From assembly GCA_027482685.1 (NCBI GenBank), contig JAIXVU010000001.1:11-64010 (forward strand): a DNA stretch of 64,000 bases, written 5' to 3'. Under the pieces are notes generated by a model, which saw only the letters and a list, made by a program, of their open reading frames with translations, was not told where the DNA came from and searched no databases. Shown piece after piece: positions 37,967-46,758 of the stretch. Source of the DNA: a bacterium. GTDB lineage: Bacteria; Patescibacteriota; Minisyncoccia; Phycocordibacterales; UBA5272. The translations under genes were made by a program, and so were the position numbers. Position 1 is the stretch's first letter. The number at the start of each line of letters is the position of its first letter.

Positions 37967-38080
37967 AATTACTTCATCTACTTTGTCGTTACAAAACTTT
38001 TTCAGTTCAATGTAGGTTTACTACATCTCATTAAAAAAGTTTCTAGACTCCTCGTATCTAAGGCAATTTTAAGACAAAAT
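37955..38080. mobile_element. ~126-bp structured element, copy E
   Basis: IR ATTTTATCCTAAAATT / AATTTTAAGACAAAAT (14/16) overlapping alaS end; CATCTACTTTGTCG...ATGTAG-GTTTA-CTACAT...CGTATCTAAGGCAATT. Confidence 0.65.
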
Positions 38081-38140
38081 AATTCTTGAATAAAAAGAAA
38101 AACCGCCGAGAAACTCGGCGGCGGTTTGAGCAATAAGTGC

Positions 38141-38224
38141 TCATGATAGTTGAGGTGTCGTGACGACATCGTAGATACGAAGTAAAACGTACAAGAAAAT
38201 CGTCAAAGGAAACAGAAGGACCAT
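38141..38224 (-). CDS. 27-aa hydrophobic peptide, coupled by TGATG
   Basis: MVLLFPLTIFLYVLLRIYDVVTTPQLS; ATG overlaps stop of 38224..38460; hairpin CCGCCGAG-AAA-CTCGGCGG follows. Confidence 0.45.
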   Translation of the reverse strand: MVLLFPLTIFLYVLLRIYDVVTTPQLS

Positions 38225-38460
38225 CAGAAGTATCTCTTTTTCACCCGCTCCCAGTCAATGAGTCCGAGCTTGTACTTCAGCCGGTACTCGATCACGATGA
38301 GGTGATAAAAGATGAAAAAGTCGACTAGGATGATGAAGCTGATGGCTTTCCAGTTCGATTCATCAAGATGCTTCCATATTGTCACTGCACAAAGGAACGC
38401 AAGTCCGAGTTTTGCAAACTGCACAAGCTCGAGCTTCTTTGTATCAGAAATCTTTTTCAT
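38224..38460 (-). CDS. Orphan two-TM protein (cassette 10)
   Basis: 78 aa from MKKISDT; - strand TTGACT(38523)-17-TATTAT; weak AGAGAG SD. Confidence 0.75.
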   Translation of the reverse strand: MKKISDTKKLELVQFAKLGLAFLCAVTIWKHLDESNWKAISFIILVDFFIFYHLIVIEYRLKYKLGLIDWERVKKRYF

Positions 38461-38580
38461 GGGATCTCTCTGGTTGGTTAAGAACAACTTTTTCATAATA
38501 CATCTAATATAAAGAATAGTCAATAGTACTGCATTTTGTGATACTGTTAAAACTATTAACTAGAAACAATTGGCTATCTT

Positions 38581-38615
38581 TATTAACTATTAACTATTAA
38601 CTATTAACTATTAAC
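38581..38615. repeat. Perfect tandem heptamer (TATTAAC)x5
   Basis: Read directly; immediately upstream of the -10 of ORF 38631. Confidence 0.95.
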
Positions 38616-38630
38616 TGTATACTTATTCTC

Positions 38631-39014
38631 ATGAATCCATTCCTTAGTATCGCAGTTGGAGATATCGCAACACTCATTAACTATGTTGTTGATGATCATG
38701 TTATTGTGTCACACACGCATCCTATCGGGTACAAACACATAGAAGCAGATGGTATGAATCAGATAGCAGCGTCTAAATTTATTGATGGTGTACTCTACAC
38801 GCTTGAGTTCGTATCACTTCACGATAGAATACCTACACACTTTAGACTTGTATCACCGCGATATGCGATGTGGGTAGGGGAAGCTCTTGAGCAGGCATCT
38901 TATACACAGTTCTTTACTGATGGAGCACCTATAAGTGTTACACTAGAAGATACAGAAGCCGTTCCTCTTTTCTATGCAAGACATTCGCAAGCCATACACT
39001 CGTTCAAGATCTAA
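38631..39014 (+). CDS. Hypothetical protein
   Basis: 127-aa ORF, TATACT 7 nt before ATG, overlaps next gene. Confidence 0.65.
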   Translation: MNPFLSIAVGDIATLINYVVDDHVIVSHTHPIGYKHIEADGMNQIAASKFIDGVLYTLEFVSLHDRIPTHFRLVSPRYAMWVGEALEQASYTQFFTDGAPISVTLEDTEAVPLFYARHSQAIHSFKI

Positions 39015-40428
39015 CCGTAATCTCTACGACAGGGTGGAGCAGTTTGAGTCGCGTCGCTATAGAGATGAAGATGAGAGACTTATTGATGATAGATACGATG
39101 ATGAGCCAGTTCGTATAGCACCGAAAGATGCACCGCGTGTTCGTCGCAATGTGGACCAGATGGAGATGTACCCGCTCAAACGTCGCTCAAGTGATGATGA
39201 GTATGAAAGAGAAGATGATAGGGATCAAGAAGAATCTCGTAGTAGTTTCTTCAATAAACGCCGTATACCAATAGATCGCGATCCTCGAACAAGGTACGCT
39301 AAGACACACTCTCTTAGAACATGGCTATTTATTCTCGGTCTTATTGTTATATGTGTGGTTGTATATATGTTCACGTATGTTTTTAATAAAGCGACAATTA
39401 CAGTTGTTCCTAAGTTTCAGGATGTTGAAGTAAAGAAGTCTGTAAACCTTTCACTTGCACCGACTGATAATCAAGTCAAGATTATTGTTGCGTCTACATC
39501 ACTTACTGCATCTAAACAGCTAGAGAAAACTGAAACCAAGAAAGTGGAAGCAAAAGCAAGTGGTAAAATTATTATTTATAACAACAACGATAGTGAGCCG
39601 CAAAGACTGATAAAAAATACTCGCTTTGAGTCTGCTTCTGGTAAAACATATCGTATTAGTGAGTCGGTAACTATTCCAGGAAAGTCAGGCGATAAGCCAG
39701 GAAGCTTAGAAGTAACTGTGTATGCTGATAGTTATGGAGCAGACTATAATACGAATCCGACAGACTTTACCATACCAGGATTTAAGGGGACACCGAGGTA
39801 TACAGCATTCTTTGGCAGGTCAAATGGCCCAATAACAGGAGGATCATCTGGTGAAGTGACATCCCCATCGATGGCAGATATAAATGCTGCAAAAGATTCT
39901 TTAGCTATGGAACTTGCTCCTAAAATTAAACAAAAGCTTCTTCAGGTAAAAGAAAAAGGATATACACCACTTTACTCAGCAGTTGAAGTAGTTTACAAAG
40001 ATAACGAAAAAGATATTCTCCAAGGTAACGCAACAACATATGAAGTTGTTGCAACCGGGTATCTTATGTTGGCTGACACCCAAGAACTTACAAAATCATT
40101 TGCAGATAGTATTCGTGATTATAACAATGAGCCATTTCGCCTAGGTAACGAAGAAAATCTAACGTACACCAAAAAAGAAGGAGATAGTGTCCTTACATCT
40201 CCATCAGTACAGGTCCTTGCTGAGGGAAGTCCTCGTATAATCTGGTCAACAGATGAAAATGAAATAAAGAAATTGTTTGCAGGTAAGAGTAAAAGTGAAT
40301 TCAAAACGCTCATGAACACCATCCCTTCAGTACAGCAAGGCGAGATATCCTTCTATCCATTATGGGTATCGACATTTCCAAAAGATGTAGAAAAGATTTC
40401 TGTTGTAGAAAAGCTACCTAAACGTTGA
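38974..40428 (+). CDS. Bitopic membrane protein with charged cytoplasmic tail and baseplate-J-like extracellular domain
   Basis: KASGKIIIYN...LIKNTRF...VYADSYGADYN...FTIPG...ITGG pattern; single TM helix. Confidence 0.7.
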   Translation: MQDIRKPYTRSRSNRNLYDRVEQFESRRYRDEDERLIDDRYDDEPVRIAPKDAPRVRRNVDQMEMYPLKRRSSDDEYEREDDRDQEESRSSFFNKRRIPIDRDPRTRYAKTHSLRTWLFILGLIVICVVVYMFTYVFNKATITVVPKFQDVEVKKSVNLSLAPTDNQVKIIVASTSLTASKQLEKTETKKVEAKASGKIIIYNNNDSEPQRLIKNTRFESASGKTYRISESVTIPGKSGDKPGSLEVTVYADSYGADYNTNPTDFTIPGFKGTPRYTAFFGRSNGPITGGSSGEVTSPSMADINAAKDSLAMELAPKIKQKLLQVKEKGYTPLYSAVEVVYKDNEKDILQGNATTYEVVATGYLMLADTQELTKSFADSIRDYNNEPFRLGNEENLTYTKKEGDSVLTSPSVQVLAEGSPRIIWSTDENEIKKLFAGKSKSEFKTLMNTIPSVQQGEISFYPLWVSTFPKDVEKISVVEKLPKR

Positions 40429-40471
40429 TTATAAAGACTTTTTTTGATATACTAAAACACTACCCTTACTT

Positions 40472-40684
40472 ATGGATGAAACAGATATTGCTATTGTTGA
40501 TGGCCGCGTAATAGAAGCACTACCAAGCACACTTTTTCGTGTAGAATTGGAGGATAAAAAAGCTCTTATCTGCTATCTAGGAGGTCGTATGCGAGTTCAT
40601 AAGATAAAAGTTCTTGTAGGAGATAAGGTAAGTGTTCAGCTTGATCCATACGGAGGAAAAGGGCGGATCATTAAACGTTTATAG
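40472..40684 (+). CDS. infA: Translation initiation factor IF-1
   Basis: VIEALPSTLFRVEL, GRMRVHKIKVLVGDKV. Confidence 0.96.
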   Translation: MDETDIAIVDGRVIEALPSTLFRVELEDKKALICYLGGRMRVHKIKVLVGDKVSVQLDPYGGKGRIIKRL

Positions 40685-40783
40685 GATTACTAATTTTTTA
40701 AGATTATCTTTATAAGACAGCTTAAACCTTCACTGCTTGCATATATCCTAAGAATATAGTACAATTACACCCACATTTCTCAC

Positions 40784-40897
40784 ATGAAAGTACGATCATC
40801 AGTAAAAACAATCTGCTCAAAATGCCAAATGATTAAACGCGGTGGTGTTCTCCGTGTTATCTGTGAGAACCCTAAGCATAAGCAAGCTCAAGGATAA
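40784..40897 (+). CDS. rpmJ: 50S ribosomal protein L36 (not in ORF track)
   Basis: [37 protein letters not shown]. Confidence 0.97.
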   Translation: MKVRSSVKTICSKCQMIKRGGVLRVICENPKHKQAQG

Positions 40898-40942
40898 GTA
40901 ATCCAGCCTCAATTCTACTACAGAAATTAATAATCACTTTAT

Positions 40943-41323
40943 ATGCGTATCTCAGGTATTACACTCCCAGAAAATAAGCGTCTCGAAATTGCACTCACTG
41001 CAGTGTATGGTGTAGGGCGACCACGCGCACTTGAGATTATCAAGAAGATTGGTCTTGATGCTGGGATGAAGACAACTGAGCTTACTGCCGATCAAGAGAA
41101 TCTTATCCGTCGAGAAATTGAACTTTTCAAAACAGAGGGAGACCTGAAGCGTGAAGTTCAGCAGAACATCAAGCGTTTAAAAGATATCAAGGCGTACCGA
41201 GGTATTCGTCACCTTCGCCATTTACCAGTTCGTGGACAGCGTACAAAGACTAACAGTCGTACCGTCCGTGGTAACGTACGTCGTACGATGGGAAGCGGTC
41301 GTCGTAAGGCAGAGAAGACCTAA
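40943..41323 (+). CDS. rpsM: 30S ribosomal protein S13
   Basis: YRGIRH...LPVRGQRTKTNSRT. Confidence 0.98.
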   Translation: MRISGITLPENKRLEIALTAVYGVGRPRALEIIKKIGLDAGMKTTELTADQENLIRREIELFKTEGDLKREVQQNIKRLKDIKAYRGIRHLRHLPVRGQRTKTNSRTVRGNVRRTMGSGRRKAEKT

Positions 41324-41357
41324 AAACTAACTGGTTAATTTATATACACAAAACATT

Positions 41358-41792
41358 ATGGGAAAAAAACGTATCGTAAAAAAGAATAGTTCTGGAGTAG
41401 ATACCGCTCTTAAGGCTCGTTCACTAGCAAAAGTTCTCAAGAAGAAAATTGTACAAGGGACTCTTTATGTAGAATCTACTTACAATAATACACGTCTTTC
41501 ACTTTCTGATAAAGACGGTAATATCCTTGCGTGGTCATCTTCAGGCGCGCTAGGATTTAAGGGTGCTAAGAAGGGGACTCCATTTGCAGCATCAAAGATT
41601 GGTGAACTTATTGGAGAAAAAGCTCAGCAAGCAGGACTTAAGGAAGTCGGAGTAGTGGTGAAGGGTGTAGGATCAGGACGTGAGTCTGCTATCCGCGGTT
41701 TCTCTACATTTGGAGTAGAAATTGTTTCTATTATTGATAAGACGCCGGTTCCACACAATGGTCCAAAGCCTCGTAAGCCACGTCACGTATAA
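41358..41792 (+). CDS. rpsK: 30S ribosomal protein S11
   Basis: STYNNT, GFKGAKKGTPFAA, TPVPHNG. Confidence 0.98.
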   Translation: MGKKRIVKKNSSGVDTALKARSLAKVLKKKIVQGTLYVESTYNNTRLSLSDKDGNILAWSSSGALGFKGAKKGTPFAASKIGELIGEKAQQAGLKEVGVVVKGVGSGRESAIRGFSTFGVEIVSIIDKTPVPHNGPKPRKPRHV

Positions 41793-41797
41793 CATTT

Positions 41798-42418
41798 ATG
41801 AGTAGAATTACATGTAAAACTTGCCGCCGACTTGGAGAATCACTTTGTGGTCGAGCTAAATGCGCGTATATTAAGCGACCATATGCCCCAGGAAAGCTTG
41901 ACTCTGATCGTAAGCATCGTTCATCTGTATCTGAATACGGTGAGCAGCTCCGAGCAAAACAGAAGATGCGTATTACATACGGTCTTATGGAGAAGCAGTT
42001 TGCTTCATACGTAAAACTTGCTACAGCAAAGCATGAGACTACAGAAGGAGCGGTATCATCTGGTCTTAAGCTCGCACAAATCCTTGAGTCACGTCTAGAC
42101 AACATGGTGTATCGTGCAGGATTCGCTAATACTCGCGCTCTTGCTCGTCAACTTGTATCTCATGGACATATTCTTGTTAATGGTCGTCGTATTAACGTAG
42201 CATCTCACAAGCTTCGCGTTTCAGATACTATCGCTATACGTGAGGGTAGTAAGGGGCTTAAAGTTTTTAGTGGTATACAAGATAAACTCACTGCACAGAA
42301 TCCTAGCTATTTAGTAGCAGTTGATCCAAAATCTCTTAGTGCCACTGTTAAAGCTCTTGCTCGCGAAATAGAACCAAACTTTGATACACAGAAGGTTCTC
42401 GAGTACTATTCACGTTAA
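41798..42418 (+). CDS. rpsD: 30S ribosomal protein S4
   Basis: SEYGEQLRAKQK, LESRLDNMVYRAGF, EYYSR. Confidence 0.98.
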   Translation: MSRITCKTCRRLGESLCGRAKCAYIKRPYAPGKLDSDRKHRSSVSEYGEQLRAKQKMRITYGLMEKQFASYVKLATAKHETTEGAVSSGLKLAQILESRLDNMVYRAGFANTRALARQLVSHGHILVNGRRINVASHKLRVSDTIAIREGSKGLKVFSGIQDKLTAQNPSYLVAVDPKSLSATVKALAREIEPNFDTQKVLEYYSR

Positions 42419-42591
42419 TTCGTGTAAAGTGAAGTTAAGACTGCTCTTGCTGTCCACTACCACAAACTTGCATATTTTGCAATTTTACGATAGAATAGGA
42501 TAACTTTACTTATAAGAGTGCAGTACCAGTTTTTTTGTGTGAATAGTTTACTACAATTTTTATCCTACTAATTTAAGATCTTCATCTTTAT

Positions 42592-43551
42592 ATGTCTTCA
42601 CATTCTATTATTTTGCCGTCAAAGCCAAGAATTGTTAAAGAAGATGCCATCTCAGGCGTGTACGAGATTGATGGACTTTTCCCGGGGTACGGTCATACTC
42701 TTGGTAACTCACTTCGTCGTATTATTCTTTCTTCTATTCCAGGGGCTGCTATCACTTCACTTTCTATCGATGGTGTGAAGCATGAGTTTTCAACAATTGA
42801 TGGTATCAAGGAAGATGTTATAGCTATCATTCTTAATCTCAAAAAGACTCGCTTTAAGTTACACGGTGATGACACACAAAAAGCAACACTTCATATCAAG
42901 GGTGCAAAGACTATTACTGCAAAAGATATCACTCTCCCAACACAGCTTGAGATAATGAATAAGGATCAGTATATTTGTGAGTCTACTGCTAAGGATGTTG
43001 ATATTGCTATCGAACTGACTGTAGAGAAAGGGCTAGGATATGTTCCACGTGAGGTTCTTCAAAAAGAGAAAGCTGATATTGGCACCATTGCCCTTGATGC
43101 ATCGTTTACTCCTATTCGTCGTGCTAGTTACGAGGTAGAGAATATGCGTGTAGGCGACAGAACTGATCATAACAGACTTCGTGTATCTATCGAGACCGAC
43201 GGAACAATCACTCCACACGAAGCTCTTGAAGATGCAATACATACTATGATTAACCAGCTTCAGTCAATTGTTGGATTCCGTGCTGAAGTTATCGAAACAT
43301 CTACCGCTCCAGCTATTGCTGATGTATCATCAGATACCGCAGATACAACAGACGCTAGTAAAGTTAAAGTAGAGGATCTAGGGTTATCAACCCGTACAGA
43401 AAATGCCCTTGTATCAGCTGGGGTTCGATCAGCGGGTGGTCTTACACGTAAGTCAGAAGCAGATTTACTTTCTACTGACGGACTAGGCGAGAAAGGTATA
43501 GATGAGATTAAGAAGGCTCTCTCAGATCTTGGTCTGACTCTTAAAGCATAA
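42592..43551 (+). CDS. rpoA: RNA polymerase alpha subunit
   Basis: GYGHTLGNSLRRIILSSIPG, HEFSTIDGIKEDV, alpha-CTD. Confidence 0.98.
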   Translation: MSSHSIILPSKPRIVKEDAISGVYEIDGLFPGYGHTLGNSLRRIILSSIPGAAITSLSIDGVKHEFSTIDGIKEDVIAIILNLKKTRFKLHGDDTQKATLHIKGAKTITAKDITLPTQLEIMNKDQYICESTAKDVDIAIELTVEKGLGYVPREVLQKEKADIGTIALDASFTPIRRASYEVENMRVGDRTDHNRLRVSIETDGTITPHEALEDAIHTMINQLQSIVGFRAEVIETSTAPAIADVSSDTADTTDASKVKVEDLGLSTRTENALVSAGVRSAGGLTRKSEADLLSTDGLGEKGIDEIKKALSDLGLTLKA

Positions 43552-43609
43552 GCAATAATCAAGCTAGCAACTATCAGAAAATCGTGCTATAGTAGAACAC
43601 TACAAGGAT

Positions 43610-43963
43610 ATGAAACATCATAAATCATTCAGAAAATTCGGAAGAGAGAAGAACGAGCGTAAGGCGTTTGTTCGTGGACTCCTCGTTAACCTCATTCGTC
43701 ATGGACGCATTGAGACTACTCTTGCACGTGCAAAAGAGATTCGTCCACATGTAGAGAAGCTCGTTACTCTTGCAAAAGAAGACACTGTACCACGACGTCG
43801 TCTAGTGATGTCTCGTATCATGAATCAAGATATTGAAACGGGGAAGCTATTCTCTGAATATGCTCCTAAGTATAAGAACATTGCAGGTGGGTACACTCGT
43901 ATCCTTAAGCTTCCAACACGTATCTCAGATGGCGCTGAGAAAGCTATCATCGAATTTGTATAA
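43610..43963 (+). CDS. rplQ: 50S ribosomal protein L17
   Basis: IETTLARAKE, GGYTRILKL. Confidence 0.97.
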   Translation: MKHHKSFRKFGREKNERKAFVRGLLVNLIRHGRIETTLARAKEIRPHVEKLVTLAKEDTVPRRRLVMSRIMNQDIETGKLFSEYAPKYKNIAGGYTRILKLPTRISDGAEKAIIEFV

Positions 43964-43973
43964 TTTACACGCT

Positions 43974-44327
43974 ATGACATCAACCACACACACAATCGAC
44001 GCAACAGATAAGGCACTCGGACGCTTAGCATCAGAAGTTGCCGCACTACTTAATGCAAAAAATAGTATTCACTTCGTAAAGAATCGCGTAGCAGATGTTA
44101 CTGTTACCGTTAAGAATGCATCAAAGGTAAAAGTAACAGGTAATAAGATGAAGGAGTCTGTTCACAAGTCATATTCTGGTTACCCAGGAGGATTAAAAGA
44201 GATGCCTCTAAGTTATGTTGTTGCCAAGAAAGGATACAGTGAAATTATCAAGCATGCAGTATATGGTATGCTTCCAAAGAATAAGCTTCAGGATATTCGT
44301 ATCAAGAATCTCATCATTGAGGAGTAA
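43974..44327 (+). CDS. rplM: 50S ribosomal protein L13 (short)
   Basis: IDAT...LGRLAS, YSGYPGGL, AVYGMLPKNKL; start moved to 43974. Confidence 0.96.
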   Translation: MTSTTHTIDATDKALGRLASEVAALLNAKNSIHFVKNRVADVTVTVKNASKVKVTGNKMKESVHKSYSGYPGGLKEMPLSYVVAKKGYSEIIKHAVYGMLPKNKLQDIRIKNLIIEE

Positions 44328-44345
44328 TTTTAATAAATATATATT

Positions 44346-44753
44346 ATGGCAACAGAAACAAAGAATCGTTATATAGAAGCAGTAGGACGTCGTAAGACAG
44401 CAGTTGCTCGTGTTCGTATCACTCCTGCAACAAAGGCATCTTTTACAGTAAACGATAAGGATGTAAAAGAATATTTTACAACACCAGATTTACAGGTTAT
44501 TGCAGAGGAAGCTATCATCAAAGGTGAGGTAGGAGAAAAGTTCTCTGTATCTGTACATGTTGTTGGAGGTGGTATCCATGGACAAGCAGAGGCTATTCGT
44601 CATGGACTATCTCGCACACTCGTACTTCGTGATGAGGAAGTTAAGAATAAGCTCAAGAAACTAGGTTTCTTGAAGCGTGATTCTCGTCAGGTAGAGCGCA
44701 AGAAATTCGGTCTCAAGAAAGCTCGTAAGGCTCCAACTTGGTCTAAGCGTTAA
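44346..44753 (+). CDS. rpsI: 30S ribosomal protein S9
   Basis: GRRKTAVARV, VERKKFGLKKARKAPTWSKR. Confidence 0.98.
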   Translation: MATETKNRYIEAVGRRKTAVARVRITPATKASFTVNDKDVKEYFTTPDLQVIAEEAIIKGEVGEKFSVSVHVVGGGIHGQAEAIRHGLSRTLVLRDEEVKNKLKKLGFLKRDSRQVERKKFGLKKARKAPTWSKR

Positions 44754-44757
44754 TAAT

Positions 44758-44784
44758 AAAAAACTGCACAATGTGCAGTTTTTT
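44758..44784. terminator. Bidirectional terminator
   Basis: AAAAAACTGCAC-AAT-GTGCAGTTTTTT between convergent genes. Confidence 0.85.
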
Positions 44785-44802
44785 TGTTATTATAATTTTT
44801 GT

Positions 44803-45189
44803 TTATCTTTTTCCAGCCTCTAGAATCGGAATGCCTGCTTCTGTTGGGACATAGATAACTTCTTTTGCTTGATCTTTCATATTGTTGATCCAGAGATAAC
44901 GTAAGTAGGCTTCGTTGCCTTTAAGTGAGTTACCAATAATAGCGTTTGCTTTTGCTACACCTTCAGCGCGTGTTACTTCTGCTTGCGCTTCGTACTTCGC
45001 ACTTTCATTTTTTGCTTCAGCTGTTGCTATGGCTACTTGCTTTAAGTATTGCTGAGCAGCAAGCTCGTTCTTTGCATTAAGTAATGCTTGATAGCGATTA
45101 AATGCTGGTAGTCCGAAGAATATCCCAATGATAATAACCACCACACCGAGAGACATAAATACTATTGTTGATGTTTTTCTTGTGTTCAT
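44803..45189 (-). CDS. Membrane protein with SPFH/prohibitin-type C-terminal coiled coil
   Basis: TM helix, AEAK..AEGVAKANAII..SL, YLRYLWI, VIYVPTE. Confidence 0.75.
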   Translation of the reverse strand: MNTRKTSTIVFMSLGVVVIIIGIFFGLPAFNRYQALLNAKNELAAQQYLKQVAIATAEAKNESAKYEAQAEVTRAEGVAKANAIIGNSLKGNEAYLRYLWINNMKDQAKEVIYVPTEAGIPILEAGKR

Positions 45190-45327
45190 ATGGGTATGAG
45201 TATAGCATTTTAGGAAAATGGGTGGCGCTCTAGAGTATCTTTCATTTATAAGATTTTCTGGTAGGATATGTATAGAGTTTTTTGTTCATTCCCAAACAAA
45301 GCGGTTATTCTACAAGGAGATACATCA

Positions 45328-45609
45328 ATGGGAGAGGGTACATATGGACTTTACGTTGTATACCTAGCACTTTTTGTGGGTTGCTGTGCATCTGCATATT
45401 TTGGTTATAACTTTCGCTTGATTGGAGAGAGTGACTGGTATGCATGGCATGTTGTTGTGACTTTTGGCACTCAAATACTCTGGCTGTATCTTTTCTATGG
45501 TGAAGAGAAGATGCTAGAAATTCTTAGTAAATTTAGTATCACTTTCGTTATCGCTGCTATTTTAGGGGTTGCGGTACATCGCTTCACTCGCATTCGACAC
45601 AAAGGGTGA
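45328..45609 (+). CDS. Orphan three-TM protein (cassette 11, gene 1)
   Basis: AAGGAG at 45314; 93 aa hydrophobic. Confidence 0.75.
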   Translation: MGEGTYGLYVVYLALFVGCCASAYFGYNFRLIGESDWYAWHVVVTFGTQILWLYLFYGEEKMLEILSKFSITFVIAAILGVAVHRFTRIRHKG

Positions 45610-45616
45610 TATCATC

Positions 45617-45883
45617 ATGCATGATGTGATTACTGTATTGCTTGTTGTTGGCACAGCGGGTATGTTTGTAACGGGTTGGTATTGCCATGCATGGCATACC
45701 AAGAAGTGCCTAGTTCCTTACTATGCCACAGAATATCTACCCATAATTCTGCTTGGTGCATCTTTTGCAGCATTCGTTCTCGATAAGAGACTATTGCTAG
45801 TTCTGTGGCTTGTATTTCTTGGCGGATATGCATTTGCGTGGTGCTGTGCATATGTCGATAAAGAGATGCAATCGTGGAAGTAG
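45617..45883 (+). CDS. Orphan three-TM protein (cassette 11, gene 2)
   Basis: AAGGGTG SD-like; 88 aa hydrophobic; hairpin 45888-45915. Confidence 0.7.
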   Translation: MHDVITVLLVVGTAGMFVTGWYCHAWHTKKCLVPYYATEYLPIILLGASFAAFVLDKRLLLVLWLVFLGGYAFAWCCAYVDKEMQSWK

Positions 45884-45887
45884 TGGA

Positions 45888-45915
45888 AACCCCCGCGCCT
45901 TTAGGCGCGGGGGTT
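45888..45915. terminator. GC hairpin
   Basis: AACCCCCGCGCCT-TT-AGGCGCGGGGGTT. Confidence 0.8.
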
Positions 45916-46064
45916 AGTGTTTATTTTTTTACAATTCTTGACTTTTTTATTGAAATATTTTATATATAGAAATGCTATACTAGAGAAGTTCAGAGACTAC
46001 AGATAATGACAGATGTGCGGGTATAGCATTATGAAGATATTGAACTTTTATTTGTAACCATATT

Positions 46065-46694
46065 ATGAAAAACAACGACAACGAAATTAATAATGACGTC
46101 TTGATAGACGATATGGAAAGTGAAAGTATTGAGAAAACTAAAGACGAGACAGATGATGTTTCTTTTGAAGAAGTAAACGAAGAAGGAGAAGCAGGTGCAC
46201 GAACAACCATCAAGAAACTTCGTGAGAAGATCAAAAAATTAGAAGGAGAAAAGCAGGAATACCTTGATCTTAGTCAGCGTACACTTGCGGATTATGCTAA
46301 TCTTAAGAAACAAGTAGCAGATGAACGTGCGCTTATGAGTAAGTTTGCAACTAAGCGTTTTATTGAAGACCTTCTTCCTATACTTGATGCATATGATATG
46401 GCGCAAGGGAACAAGGAAGCATGGGAAAGTGTCGATAAGAACTGGAGGATGGGAATCGAGTATATCTTTTCACAACTTCGTGCAGTATTAGAAAAAGAAG
46501 GCGTTGTACAACATGGAAAAGTTGGTGAAGCCTTTGACCCTAACCATCATGAAAGTCTAGAAATAGTGGATGTGGATAATGAGCACGAGCACGACAGAAT
46601 CGTTCGCGTGCTACAGAATGGGTATCGCATGCATGACAAGAATCTTCGCCCAGCACGAGTACACGTTGGTAAGTATTCTAAGAAAGAGAACTAA
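46065..46694 (+). CDS. grpE: Nucleotide exchange factor GrpE
   Basis: ADYANLKK, FDPNHHE, GYRMHDKNLRPARV. Confidence 0.96.
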   Translation: MKNNDNEINNDVLIDDMESESIEKTKDETDDVSFEEVNEEGEAGARTTIKKLREKIKKLEGEKQEYLDLSQRTLADYANLKKQVADERALMSKFATKRFIEDLLPILDAYDMAQGNKEAWESVDKNWRMGIEYIFSQLRAVLEKEGVVQHGKVGEAFDPNHHESLEIVDVDNEHEHDRIVRVLQNGYRMHDKNLRPARVHVGKYSKKEN

Positions 46695-46758
46695 TATATA
46701 CTACTAACTAAGAGCGAATTATATTTTATAAAAATTATCTAACTACCTTATAACAACT

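Noticed and set aside
2243-38080. Integron attC reading of the repeats (CCCTAAC/GTTAGGG resemble RYYYAAC/GTTRRRY)
   Set aside because: Core-site order is reversed relative to attC, cassettes are not arrayed, and no integrase is in the window.
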